A stretch of 64,000 bases of DNA from Octopus bimaculoides (GCF_001194135.2 NC_068983.1:80637992-80701991); one strand, 5' to 3'; numbered from the stretch's first letter, positions 13,591 to 31,150 are shown. The notes: generated from the sequence alone by a model not told the origin. Translations and numbers: made by a program.

Positions 13591-16500
13591 TGTATAACAT
13601 ACTGTGTTGTTTCAAGCTATGTGTTTTGTAATAAAATTTGGTCCAAATAAATCTACACTTATTAAAGATAACTTAGTAACCTTTTACTTGTATCATTTGG
13701 TGTGCCAGGTTATTAAACTTTTATAAATATATTTATTTAGAAGATGGTATGATCTTTGCTAATCATTTCTCATCTTATTTTCCATGTTTGATTGCCAATT
13801 CCATTATTTTAAGTAAATAAAAAAAGCCAGTGGATCCTTTAATTTAGTGAGTCATATTTTCTCACTGGAGTTAAGTGTCACTACAGGAAATCTACATAAT
13901 TATTTTCAACCATTGGTTTGTTCATTTAACGTTTTTCCATGCTAGCATGTGTGTGAATAGAAAGTTATTTGAATCAGAATTTTACTGTTGGATGCTCTTC
14001 CTGTCACCAACTCTTTCCAGCTTTTCAAGTAAAGCTTTATTTTATTCAATATTTACACTTTAGTTTTAAACATACATGAAAATTTACTCTGCCCCAAACA
14101 CAAGCACATTCTGGAGGAAGACTTTCAAAATACTTTGCATTTCATAAGCTTTCATTCTCCAATCCTATGCACATCACCCAGTCATATTCTTTCTTCTGTT
14201 TGTTTTGATGGCTCAATAATGTTGACTGTTGCTTTGAACTTGCTGTTTGTACACCATCTTCACCCAACTTCAGATGACCCTAAATGTTCATTTGTCTTAC
14301 TAGATATAGCAGCCAAATCACCCTCAAATTACACTCATTTTAAAAAGAGAAAGTTACATTTGACATTGTAGTCTTAGATGTGGTGGTCATGACTGGAATA
14401 CCTTTAATGATAGTTTTTTTTTTTAATTAAGGCTAAACTGGGACCTAAAAAACATTTGGAATTTCAATTTACCTAAGGGTTTTACTTACAATAAATCTCC
14501 CAACAGAAAGAAAACAGATATTGAAGCCATAACACCTTATATTTGTTGCCAGTGCAGACCATCACAATTTCTTTTAATTCCAGATTTCAATCCATCATAT
14601 ATATTCATCAACCTATGTATCACAACTATCAAGGGCTGTTGATGCACACCTTGCTCTTGCAAGGTTTAAGGTAATAGATTTTGGACACCACTCTGAAGTA
14701 GATGTAACTCATTTTCAACTAAAGCAACTTAAAATAGAATGTATTGTCCAATGCCATGTTGAACTATTCGATCAGGGAATCAGACCCATAACCTTATGAG
14801 TGATCATAAGTTCAAAAGGTTAACACTAGCTGTTATTATATTCACACCTTATTATATTGATTTCTTTTAAATAAATACTAAACTAATTTTTGTGCAAAAA
14901 ATGTAAAGTTGATTAAACCAAGTAATTTGTTTATATTTATTCTGTCAATTCTGGTGGATATATAACAAAGGCTGGCTCTGGATGTTGGAGTTAAAACTAA
15001 ATGCCTGAATGAATCAAATCAGAGGCTGTGTCATTTCTGTCAAGACAAGTTCCTCATTATTCCTTATATTTCATACTTTTATATTGTAGATGTATTATGA
15101 TGATACCCAATATTTTGTGATCTATATTATCTGAAAGAGCCAACCTTAAATGATGCCTCTATGTGGTTGTTTGAACTGCCAAAAAGCTTAAAATAACAGC
15201 TAAATATTCTTCAAAGGCAAACACATTAAATAATATTGCTCTAAATACGCCTTTCTTGAAATCAAGACAGAGTTGTCATGACTAGAATGCCTTTGATAAT
15301 GTCTGCTCTGTTAGGACTACTAAACAACAACAGTGTCATTTTAAAGTGTTAATCCTCTGACATAATTTTTCATGTGTTACTTATTATGTGAAAGTTAATC
15401 TGTTATTGTCAAAATTACAAGTATGGTGAAAAATAAATGAAATATTCAGGAATATATCCCTTTATTGTCTTCTATACTTTATTTGGTATTTAGTGGTGCT
15501 AACTCAGGATCTTTGTTATATTTATTACTGACATTTGCTTTGGTTTTCCTTATTTTTTCCATATCACTTTAATCCTATAAACTTCTTAGTTATTTTTAAA
15601 TATGAGAAAACATTGACACCTTCACGTCTTCAAAATGTTATTGCTCTTGCTATTTCTTGAATTTTTGGTAATAAATCTATTACTAGCTTTTATTCTAGTT
15701 TAATCTTCTTTCTTAATTACTGCTGTACTTTTAAAATTCACTGTAAAATCCAAATATATTTTCAAATTTACCTTTTATATTTCCAGTTTTATTTTATGAA
15801 AATCAAGACATTTCAAGTTGAATGCATATTATATGCTGGTTATAGGATCTAAAGTGGATTAAGAAAATAATTCTTCTTTTTGGTACTAGGAATTTTCAAT
15901 TCACCCAAAAAGATATTATGAAGAAAATATAACTGAAATATTTTCATGACCTGAAAATTCTTTCTTTTCATCTTAGGTGCATCTTTCTTTTTATCATCAG
16001 TGTATTATACAAGTTATTTTCAATTTAATTTCTATTCCCTTAGTTGATGAATTTATAAAATTCTCTTAGTTTTTCATTTGGTATCAATTTTCCTATGGTA
16101 CAATAGATTGGACTTCAAATTTCTACTTTTATTTGTATTTGATTATTCTTCAAGTTGAATTGCAGTGGGAAACTGTTTAAAAATGTTTTTATTCAATTGA
16201 GTGGTCAATACTTGTTGGCTTTTAAAGTCATCTATGATGATACAGCACCTTTTTAGTTTTATTTTTCTTTCTAAGTCTGTGTTTCATTGGAAACACAATT
16301 TTAGCTTCTTTGAAGAAATTGTACATACTTTCATTTGCTATATTTTACAAGATTATAGTCTCAGAATTTGAGCCAAGAGGAATTTTTTTAGAAGCCTGGT
16401 TCCAAAAAATAAGAAAGCTACTCTAAGATGTATGCTAAAATGAAAATTATAAACAGATTTGCAATAGACATAAAGGTTCAATGATCATTGAAAAACAAAA

Positions 16501-18192
16501 TTTTGTTTCATATATAAGAAATATTAGTAGTAAACACACGATCATTAAAACATAGAAAAAAAAAATAATAAAAAGATAAATTAAAAGGGAAGAAAATTCC
16601 AACACTCGTCTGCAGTCTAAGCTTCTTCATGCTACCATATACTATCTACAATTTCAGAAGTCTGGTAAAGATGAAGCAGTTTCTTAAAAGAAGCAATTAT
16701 TCTAAACGAACATTGATAAATATATATTTTGCATTGTTTAATCATTTATTTATTTGTTTTTTGTTTTTGTTTTTTTATTATTAATCAATATATAATAGAA
16801 AATAGAAGAAATATTTTAAAAGGAAAATACTATTTATTTGAAAAACAGTTTTGATAAATTCAATTCTAATTTAAACAACAATTAATGTTTATTTTCATAT
16901 TTCTGACAAATTGGATTAATTTCATATGTTTTAGAAGGTTCTTATTTCTTCTCTTGAAAACTGAATATTCTTAAATGTGAAAACCTATGCATGTATATAT
17001 TTAAGGACAAAACTATGTTTTAAAAATCAATACATGAGGCACTGGCTTGAGAGGAGTGGCTTAGCAGTAACCAACAAGAACAAAACAACGAGCTTTTCAA
17101 TTAGTGAGTAAAATGAATATTGTAAAAACTTAAATTACAATCAAAATATTTTTATACAATCTTCCATAATATAATGAACATTGTTTAAAGTTATATGTTT
17201 CTGAAATTAATTCAAATGGAAAGTATCTTTCATATCAGTGTTATGACTATGATAACTATTAAGTCATGACTTGTTATAGATATTTACATGGAAAAATGTG
17301 TATAGTATATTCCCACATTTATTTGCATGTCTGTAAATGTGTGCATGAGCATGTGTATATTTAAATGTGTAAGTTTCTATTCATGTGTATGTGTGTGTGT
17401 TGTTTTTTTGTGCTCACCTCTTTTACCTTCTTTTTGTATATGTCTGTGAGCCAACTATATAGCACTTTTGTTGTTGTGCTGTTTAAGTGTTATTTTCTTA
17501 CATCAGAATGCTAAATATAATTTGAGTGATGAGGTATTTATGATTATGTAAGATAGAAAGATGTGTTAAGGGAGTAAAAGATGAATCTTTTTCAGATGAG
17601 TTGCTTAAAAACAAGTAGGGGATAGAGATAGTGGGTAGTGTTATTAGGTTTATGGCTGTAAGAATAGGGTTTATTGATATTGATAGTTTTAATTGTCGCA
17701 GTTGTCAAGGAAAATGTACTGCTGCTTTTTCAGCTGCTGCTAATATTGATGATGGTTGTGATACTGATGATGACAATGACAACAAAATCTGAAGCAAATC
17801 ATTACAAGAATGCACAACATGTAAAAAATTGTGATGTAGAGATAGAAAGTGCATTTCTAAAGCTCAGTTAAAATCAATAATTCAGAAGACCAGATAGGTT
17901 GAAATGAATTTAAGACAAGCAATTGGCACCAGCAGCCTAGAGTAGGTAAATGTGGCCTAACATAGAGATAGCTAAAGCTGTAGCTCCACTCTGACATCAT
18001 GAGAAAATGAATTAGCTTCTGGTGTTTAAAAAAACAAACAAGCAAACAAACAAACAAACAAAAAAGGCAGCAGGTTTTATTTTGTCTTTCTATTGAAATC
18101 GGAAAGCCTAACTGGTCTTTCTGAAATGCATATATGTGTGTGTGTGTGTGTGTATGTATGTATATATATATATATATATGTGTATATGTATG

Positions 18193-18223
<31 letters not shown>

Positions 18224-18237
18224 GTNNNNNNNNNNNN

Positions 18238-18303
<66 letters not shown>

Positions 18304-18401
18304 TGTATATGCATGTGTGTATGTTTGTGTGTGTGTATGTATGTTGTATCTGTCTGTGTTGATACACACAGACACACACACACACACATACACACACGTA
18401 T

Positions 18402-18544
18402 ATCATCATCACCATCATTATCACTTAATGTCCATATCCCATGCTGGCACGGGTTGGATGATTTGATAAGATATGATGTGTTCGTGCCCCAGCATGGAAC
18501 ATGGATGTTAAATGTTGATGATGAGGATGATGATGATGGTGATG

Positions 18545-18546
<2 letters not shown>
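18402..18546. repeat. Head-to-head pair of family C (RTE) tails forming an imperfect palindrome
   Basis: (CAT)n-ttaatgtccatatcccatgctggcac ... gtgccccagcatggaacatggatgttaa-(GAT)n. Confidence 0.75.
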
Positions 18547-18601
<55 letters not shown>

Positions 18602-18623
18602 TGTGCATATGTATACATATATG

Positions 18624-18815
18624 TGGAGTGGGGTTAGTGGTTAATGTGTTACACTCCTGATCATTAGATTGTAGTTACAAGTCTTGGGCTAAGCAATGCA
18701 TTGTTCTCTTGAGCAAGACACTTCATTTCACATTGTTCCAAAATGAGTAATCCTGCAGGGTTGAGAGTATATATGCTACAGAATCTGGGAAACCAGCCTT
18801 AGGAGCCTATGGTTT
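18624..18815 (+). mobile_element. SINE family E copy
   Basis: tRNA-like head then ttgagcaagacacttcat...aatcctgcagg...gctacagaatctgggaaaccagcc. Confidence 0.6.
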
Positions 18816-18834
18816 AGGAACGAACTTTGATCAT

Positions 18835-22290
<3,456 letters not shown>

Positions 22291-22539
22291 GTTATGCTTG
22301 CACATGCATATATATATATATATATATATATTTATAAGAAGGGATGGTATTATTAAGATACCATCATGAGAGGCAAGCGAATTATCTTTTAGCTACTTAG
22401 CGATGTAGTTTAAGATCAACTTAGCAAAAACCAAAGTCTTAGTAAGTAAGAAAGTAGGAAGGCTGTCAAACCACAATTCCCCTCAGGCATATGACCCTGC
22501 TCGATCTGTAGAAAAGGTATGGGTAGAAACTTCATATTA

Positions 22540-23654
22540 TGTACCCGGTGTAAGCTATGGACAGATAAAAGGTGCAGCTATATCAAAGTAAAGTTAACTG
22601 GGAAAATAGTTTTTGTGTTAGGCAGATGCACTGGGGCAATAAACACTGACGATGTACAGAAAACAGATTCCCTCACATGCCAGGGGAGAAACTAGAAGTA
22701 GTTAATAGCTTCCACTACCAATGCGACCAAGTCTGTAGTGGGGATGGTTTCTCTGAGAGTGTAGTGACTAGAGTAATAATAGCCTGGGCAAAGTTCAGGG
22801 AGCTCCTACATCTGCTGGCAACTAAGAGCCTCTTGCTCAGGATGAAAGGTAGCCTGTATGATCCATGTGTGTGAACTGCCATGCTACACAGCAGTGAAAC
22901 ATGCACCATGAATGCTGAGGACATGCGTAGGCTTGAAAGAAATCAAGCTAGTATGATCAGTGTGCATGCACGAAAGAGTATAAGTGCCCTAAGAGAAAAG
23001 TTGGGCATAAGAAACATCAAATTTGGTGTGCAACAAGAGAGAGGACTGTGCTGGTCTGGTCATGTGTTATGTTTGGATGAAGACAGCTGCGTGAGGAAGT
23101 GCCATTCCCTAATTGTAGAAGGAACCTGTGGAAGAGGTAGACCCAGGAAGACATGGGATGAGGTAGTGAAGTATGACTTTTGAACATTGGGCTTCACAGA
23201 GGCAATGACAGGAGACCTAGACCTTTCGAGATATGCTGTGATTGAGAAGACCCAGCAACTAAAGTGAGATCGCAGCCACGAATGTCTGGCCCAGTTATGA
23301 GTACCCCTGATGTGTCAGGCAATATGATATGCTTGAGAAGACCTGCTGAGTCAAGTAAAACCAATATTGTAGCTGTGGCCAGTGCCCCCTGACTGGTTCC
23401 CATGCTGGTGGCATATAAAAAGCACCATCCAGACATGGTTGATGCCAGGTCTGCCTGACTGGCTCCTTTGTTGGTGGCATGTAAAAAGCACCATCCAAAC
23501 GTGATCGATGCCAGGCCTGTCTAACTGGCTCCTGTGCTGGTGGCACTTAAAAAGCATCCACTACACTCTCAGAGTGGTTGGTGTTAGGAAGGGCATCCAA
23601 CTTATGCCAGCATGGAAAACAGATGTTAAACAATGATGATGATAATGATGATAT
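22540..23654 (+). mobile_element. 5'-truncated RTE-clade LINE (RT C-terminus, 3' UTR, (GAT)n tail), degenerate
   Basis: ORFs 22677-22874 and 22881-23183: EKLEVVNSFHY..RVIIAWAKFRELLHLL..MLHSSETCTM..RRLERNQ..WSGHV..GRGRPRKTWDEVV; tandem unit of about 66 bp in the UTR. Confidence 0.9.
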
Positions 23655-23884
23655 NNNNNNNNNNNNNNNNNNNNNNNNNNNNNNNNNNNNNNNNNNNNNN
23701 NNNNNNNNNNNNNNNNNNNNNNNNNNNNNNNNNNNNNNNNNNNNNNNNNNNNNNNNNNNNNNNNNNNNNNNNNNNNNNNNNNNNNNNNNNNNNNNNNNNN
23801 NNNNNNNNNNNNNNNNNNNNNNNNNNNNNNNNNNNNNNNNNNNNNNNNNNNNNNNNNNNNNNNNNNNNNNNNNNNNNNNNNNNN

Positions 23885-23945
<61 letters not shown>

Positions 23946-25290
23946 AAAGCAAATGTGTATGTATGTGTGCGTATATTCCTTATGCATTTCAAAACTGAAT
24001 TGCTGATTTTGCGAAAGGGGTACCAAAAGATTCAGTTAGCTTTTGGCTACTAACTAAACTATATTTTCATTCACATATTTGCATTACAAAAATTTAACAT
24101 TATCATTTTTCTTTTAGTCACCTATCATAAACGACATTTTATATCACCACCATAATGACGATGACATCACATTTTCTTTATGAGTGTTTTTACACGTTCG
24201 TTACCTATGTTAGGCTGATGACTGACAAATATATGTGTGACAGGGAGAGAGATAGGCTTCAAGTGTGTATTAATGTATGTGTGTGTTCGCGGGTCTCTTA
24301 GTTTATGTATGTAATTTCCCCCCACCACCACCAACAGTGAAATGCACCAATATTGAAAGTTTACTTGCAGCCTGGACTTCAAACAAACAACATTCACTTT
24401 CAAGTACTATCAACATGAAGATTTGGCTGATTTAACACCACTCACAATACTCGCTAATATATCTGAAAAAAAAAATTATTCTGCTTATTACAACAAATTT
24501 GGAAACTTGGCAAAGCAGAAAGCCTCAGCGGCTCTTTCAATATAATTACAGAAATGCCATTCCACTCCTAACCAGTTTCAACATAATGTGTTTTAACAGT
24601 CCTTGTATTCTTCATCACTGTGAGTATCAACGTTGCACAACCTTTTTACTGCGTTACACAGTATTTATTTTACAGCCTATAATGTTACACAGTTCAAAAA
24701 CAGCATCTTCCTTTTTATACACTTGGTTCAGCGTTCATTTCAAAATTGTAAAATAAATTATTTTTGTATGAAAATTTGAATTATGCCTTCTGAATTTTCT
24801 TGGACTTTCACTTTCTTCACCATGACATTCATTCAATCGTGAATTTTATAACATTTAGTACATGTTCCAAATAAATGTTGACCTTCTGTACTTTCCTACA
24901 TTGGTGAAGCATACTAATTTTTGCTGAATTAGTGACTTTCCATTTTTTTACAGCATAACTATGCTACAGAAAATATGTTTTGCACTTATATTGACTACAT
25001 TTTGTTTCACTTGAACTTTGTGCATGTACGTTTTGCTGTTTTCAGTATTATCAATTCATGAACTCATCGATGAAAATCCACTGTCACATATAGAAAAATT
25101 AATAAGTAGAAGAACAATAAATAAGTATAATATAATACAAAGTAAATATCATTATATTATATTATACTCATTTATTGTGCTTTTACTTATTAATTTTTCT
25201 ATATGTGACAGTGGATTTTCATCGATGAGTTCATGAACCTTGGTTATTTTCCCCAAAACTATATATTTATATATATATATATAATTCAAA

Positions 25291-25410
25291 TTTACAGAAA
25301 GCAAAAAATGAAGACAGATGTAGGAACCACAAGTAGGTGTATTAGTTTAATGCTCAGGAAGAATGGAAAAGTATTTTATGTTTCATGCCTATGCTCTTCA
25401 ACAGAAAGGA
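25291..25410 (-). repeat. Family G repeat with hammerhead-like motif
   Basis: Homologous to 31031-31150; minus strand ctttCTGTTGAAGAGCATAGGCATGAAACATAAAA. Confidence 0.6.
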
Positions 25411-25784
25411 TTAAGAGGAAAAAGAAGGAGAGGAAATGAAAAAGTAAATGGACAAAGAAAAGTAAAAAAACATTTTTTGTGTAGATTAACAGTTCAACAT
25501 AACGAAATAGCAAGAAGAAAGCTTATAGAAGGGAGATAATTTTGGTGACCCACCTGAACAAATTTATTCTCATGTGTGCATGTGTGTGTGAGTGTGTATG
25601 CAAAAATGGAGGTGAGTGTGTGAGTATGTATGTGTGGGCGAGCTGAAAAATAGTGGACCTGTGTGTGTGTATGTGTGTAAGTGACCCAGTGCGCACATTA
25701 TGTGAAGCGATATGTATCACATGTACTGGTATGTATGTGTCTGTGCATATGGACATATATGTGTCAAAACATTAAATTAACAAT

Positions 25785-25965
25785 AAGCACAAGGTCTACA
25801 ATTTTGAAGGATTACATTGACCATGGTGCTTAACTGGTAGTTATTTCATCGACCCGGGAAAGATGAAAGGCAAAGTCTACCTTAGTGGAATTTGAACTCA
25901 GAACATAACGAAATGGTACCTAGCATTTTGCCTGGTGTGCTAATAATTTTGTCAGCTCACTACCT
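25785..25965 (-). mobile_element. SINE family A
   Basis: Reverse-complement similarity to 11222-11438. Confidence 0.8.
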
Positions 25966-26117
25966 AAATGAATTAATAAGTTATATTTAATAACGATTAA
26001 TAAGTAAGTAGTTAAATACTTTTAACATGGAGAAGGTTGCCAATAACTTTCAAGTTTTGGATTACAGGCTGTTATTGTTAAATTGTTTATATGTAGAACT
26101 TCACATAAAGCAAATAT

Positions 26118-26154
<37 letters not shown>

Positions 26155-26247
26155 TTTATATATATATACACACACATTCAAAGAAACACATATACATACA
26201 TATATACATACATACATATATACATACATACATATATATATTATATT

Positions 26248-26282
<35 letters not shown>

Positions 26283-26398
26283 GTGTGTATATATATATTT
26301 CTAGTTTCAGGTCAGAGCTGTGGCCATAGCTATGGCTATATATATATACACACATACATATATACATATATATATGTATACACACATATATACATATT

Positions 26399-26446
<48 letters not shown>

Positions 26447-26815
26447 TATGCATGCATACATACATATATGTTTTGTTGTTGACATTTTGTTTTGAAATGT
26501 AATATTACCAATTTCAATTTGTAAATCTTTAACATTGCTATGGGCTTACATTTTTAAATCTAATATTGTAATGAATAACAATTCATAGACTGAATATACA
26601 AATGTAATAATATTACATCTTTTTTTGGTGGGGGAGATCAATTCCTATCTAGACACCACATCATGGTGAGATGTGTTAGTCATGAGGGGGAATTTATTTT
26701 GCTCAGTACAATGTAAGCTATTAAAGAGGTTATGTACTTAATAATTGACAAGCCTATATTTTTGTGGAAGTTTGACACCTCTACCAAATTTAAATATTAT
26801 GCATTATCTGCACAC

Positions 26816-26890
<75 letters not shown>

Positions 26891-27440
26891 NNNNNNNNNN
26901 NNNNNNNNNNNNNNNNNNNNNNNNNNNNNNNNNNNNNNNNNNNNNNNNNNNNNNNNNNNNNNNNNNNNNNNNNNNNNNNNNNNNNNNNNNNNNNNNNNNN
27001 NNNNNNNNNNNNNNNNNNNNNNNNNNNNNNNNNNNNNNNNNNNNNNNNNNNNNNNNNNNNNNNNNNNNNNNNNNNNNNNNNNNNNNNNNNNNNNNNNNNN
27101 NNNNNNNNNNNNNNNNNNNNNNNNNNNNNNNNNNNNNNNNNNNNNNNNNNNNNNNNNNNNNNNNNNNNNNNNNNNNNNNNNNNNNNNNNNNNNNNNNNNN
27201 NNNNNNNNNNNNNNNNNNNNNNNNNNNNNNNNNNNNNNNNNNNNNNNNNNNNNNNNNNNNNNNNNNNNNNNNNNNNNNNNNNNNNNNNNATATATACATA
27301 TATATACATATATAAATATATATATACATATATATATATATTTATCTCTCTCTCTTTATATATATATATATATACCATATTCATATACATACATATGTAT
27401 GTATGAATCTATCTATCTGTCTGTCTGGCTTTCTGTCTAT

Positions 27441-27508
<68 letters not shown>

Positions 27509-27957
27509 TTGTCTATCTATCTATCTCTCTATCTCTCTCTATATATATGTATGTATGTATGTATAGGTATGTTCAATTTGTTCTGGTTTTAATTTTTTAA
27601 ATTCTTCTCTTGAGGAAGGAGTTAGTTTCTAACAAAGATACAAAGCTCCATCATTTGAGTGTAGATAACAAAAGTAGTGACACATTTTAAACTTGAGAGA
27701 ATCTTGCATATTTTTACTGTTCCACTTACAGATTGTATTTGTTATGTGTGGTTGCTTTCTTTTCCTGAGAACCCTAGTTTATCTAAATTGTCACTTAAGC
27801 ATTCACTCAGAAAACCAAGTGTGAATTTATAATCTGGATATAAAAGCTGGAGATTTCAAATCAGTTGTCCATAGTGAACCTCTTTTTCTTTGAATTTCAA
27901 AGAGATATCCACATCAGCAGGACAGGTGGCCTCTATGATGTCACATATTTTTCTTGT

Positions 27958-28215
27958 CTATCATCATCATCATCATCATCGTCATCATCATTATCATCAC
28001 CATCGTTTAACGTCTGTTTTCCATGCTGGCATGGGTTGGATGATTTGACTGAGGACTGACGAACCAGATGGCTACACCAGGCTTCAATCTGACCTGGCAA
28101 TGTTTCTACAGCTGGATGCCCTTCCTTACACCAGCCACTCCGAGAGTGTAGTGGGTGCTTTTTACGTGTCAGGTGGGCCTGGCATCAATCATGTTTGGAT
28201 AGTGCTTTTTAGGTG
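27958..28215 (-). mobile_element. Family C RTE-tail element
   Basis: (CAT)n-gtttaacgtc..ccatgctggcatggg..ctggatgcccttcc. Confidence 0.85.
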
Positions 28216-28459
28216 CCACCAAGGAATATCCAGTCTGTTATGTTTGACAGATATTTTGATGGGAATGTTCCATCAGTATTCCTTGTTTTGATGTTTGTCT
28301 ATGTTTTCAATAACAGAAGAATTCTCTATATCTATTCCAGGACAGTCTTTTGTCTGAATGGCATTGTGTATTGTTTTTGTCACAATGTTGTGTCACACAG
28401 GGAGGTAGTACCTTGATGACATTTTGGGGCAGCTACTAGTCACATGTGTGATGTTTTTT

Positions 28460-28686
28460 CACAAGAACTTGAGGCTTTATGCATATAAAGTGCAACTTTT
28501 TCAAGCACTTCAGTCAGATCAGGTAACAAATCCCAAAGGTAACAATTTGCAGTGGACATGTTAGCTTGAATAGATGAAGCTGAAGGTTTCCTTCAAAAAA
28601 TTTGTTTCAGTGATATAGCAAAATTTCATGTATCAAGAATGATAAATAAGCACAACATCAGGAGTTGGGGTTTGGAAAACCCACAC
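28460..28686 (+). pseudogene. Tc1/mariner (IS630 superfamily) transposase fragment
   Basis: HKNLRLYAYKVQLFQALQSD / FAVDMLA*IDEAEGFLQKICFSDIAKFHVSRMINKHNIRSWGLENPH; contains the FSDExxFH..NKxNxRxWGxENP motif. Confidence 0.8.
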
Positions 28687-28792
28687 AAAGCAAGAGAACT
28701 GGAGAGAAACAGCCACAAAGTAAAAGTCTAAGATCAATAATATGAACTTACCTAAGTTTACTAGCATATATTACAACCATTATGAACATATA

Positions 28793-29200
28793 GGCACAGG
28801 AGTGGCTGTGTGGTAAGTAGCTTGCTTACCAACCACATGGTTCTGGGTTCAGTCCCACTGTGTGGCATCTTGGGCAAGTGTCTTCTACTATAGCCTCAGG
28901 CCAACCAAAGCCTTGTGAGTGAATTTGGAAGACGGAAACTGAAAGAAGCCCGTCGTATATATGCATATATATATATGTGTGTGTGTGTGTGTTTGTGTCT
29001 GTGTTTGTCCCCCTAGCATTGCTTGACAACCAATGCTGGTGTGCTTATGTCCCCATCACTTAGTGGTTCGGCAAAAGAGATCGATAAAATAAGTACTAGG
29101 CTTCCAAGGAATAAGTCCCGGGGTCAATTTGCTCGACTAAAGGCGGTGCTCCAGTATGGCCACAGTCAAATGACTGAAACAAGTAAAAGAGTAAAAGAGT
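28793..29200 (+). mobile_element. SINE family B, well-preserved full-length copy
   Basis: ggcacaggagtggctgtgtggtaag through gactgaaacaagtaaaagagtaaaagagt. Confidence 0.92.
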
Positions 29201-29589
29201 ATTCCTCAACTGATCATTTATTGACCTCTTGTGATCTAAAATCCTAAAACATTCCTTTCTACATTCAAGTTGTATTAATGTATAAGCATATCAGCATTAT
29301 AATTTGACTTCATTCTAGTTGTTTGCCCATCTATCCCTTTATTCTATTATAAATGTACCAACTCGATTTAAACACTCCCAATCTTCGTTTAGGCAACTAC
29401 AACATTCTTGCATTTTTAGTTGCAGCCCAAGTTGTAGTTTAGCCAAAAAGTCATCCTAAACATCAAATGTATATACTTATTATCTTACATTATGATATGT
29501 ATTATTACCTAAAATTCGTGTATATGAATGCTTGTGTGTGTGTGTGTATGAGGGACTATCTATGACTACATGTGTGTATCTGTGCATAT

Positions 29590-30160
29590 AGGCACAGGTG
29601 TGGCTGTGTGGTTACCCTCTCCTACTTATAGAAAATAGCATACAATAAGTAAAAGAGATACCTATAGGACGACTTAGTGCAACATGAAAAAGACAAACCC
29701 ATCAAAGGAACACAATACCATCTCTAGAACATTTCTAGTTACTTCCCAACTTCAATGTTCCAGATTCAGTCTCGCTGTGTGACACTTTGGGCAAGTGTCT
29801 TCTATTATAACCTTGGGCTAACCAAATCTTATGATGAATCTGGTAAATGGAAACTGAAAGAAGCCTGTTGTATATATGCATCTATACATACATACATACA
29901 TACATTACATGCATACATACATACATATATACATACATATATATGTGTGTGTGTTTGTGTCTGTGTTTGCCCTTCACCACCTCTCGACCACCGGTGTAGA
30001 TGTGTTTATGTCCCTGTGACTCAGCAGTTAGGCAAAAGAGACCAATAAGTACTAGGCTTTAAAAAAATATGTCCTGAAGTTAGTTTGTTCAAATAATAGA
30101 TTCTGTAAGGTGGTGCCCCAGCTTGGCCACAGTCTGATGACTGAAGCAAGTAAAAAATAA
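29590..30160 (+). mobile_element. SINE family B, head interrupted by about 130 bp of unrelated sequence
   Basis: ggcacaggtgtggctgtgtggtta, then unrelated sequence, resuming at about 29745. Confidence 0.75.
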
Positions 30161-30561
30161 AAGAAATGTTTACATTTATAAATGTGCAAATTGTAAATAA
30201 TACCTTAGCTTTGTAAAGGTGTCAAACCTAGCTGGAAACATAGGTTTGTCGAATGTTAAATACATAACATATGTAATAGCTTACATTTGTGTTTAGAGCA
30301 AAATAAACTCCCTCTCATGACTAACATATCTTACTATCATTTGGTGTGTATCTTGGAAGTGATCTAAAGCAAAAACAAATGTTAAAAAAATAATGTTATA
30401 TTACATTTTCTTATTCGGTCTATGAATTGTTATCTTTTTTTTTTACAATATTAGATTTAAAAATGTAAGCCCATAGCAATATTTCAGATTCACAAATTGA
30501 AATTGGTAATATTACATTTCGAAACAAAATATAAATATGCAAAACGTACACATACATGCAT

Positions 30562-30595
<34 letters not shown>

Positions 30596-30754
30596 ACACA
30601 CACACGCACACACATACAAACGTACACACNNNNNNNNNNCACACACACACACACACGTGCACACACACACGCACACACATACAAACGTACACACACACAT
30701 ATACAAATATATAAATGCACACAAACACACACACAAACAAATATACAAATGCAT

Positions 30755-30795
<41 letters not shown>

Positions 30796-30953
30796 ATGCA
30801 TATACATATGTGTGTGTGTGTAATGAAAGTATTTGTGTCACTTAAAAGTGTTAGACTTACTGAATCCTTTATTTGGTTAATGTTTTATGCATATAAAAAC
30901 ACACCTTTTCAAGTAACCCTCACCCATCCAAACCACATGCATTACACATACAT

Positions 30954-31022
<69 letters not shown>

Positions 31023-31030
31023 AAGTTTAA

Positions 31031-31150
31031 GTTTACAGAAAAAAGATGAAGACAGGTGAAGGAACAACAAGTACATGTATTAGTTTGATGCTCAGGAAGA
31101 ATGGAAAAACCTTTGACATTTTGAGCCTATGCTCTTCAACAGAAAAGACT
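31031..31150 (-). repeat. Family G repeat with hammerhead-like motif, second copy
   Basis: Minus strand ctttTCTGTTGAAGAGCATAGGCTCAAAATGTCAAAG. Confidence 0.6.
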
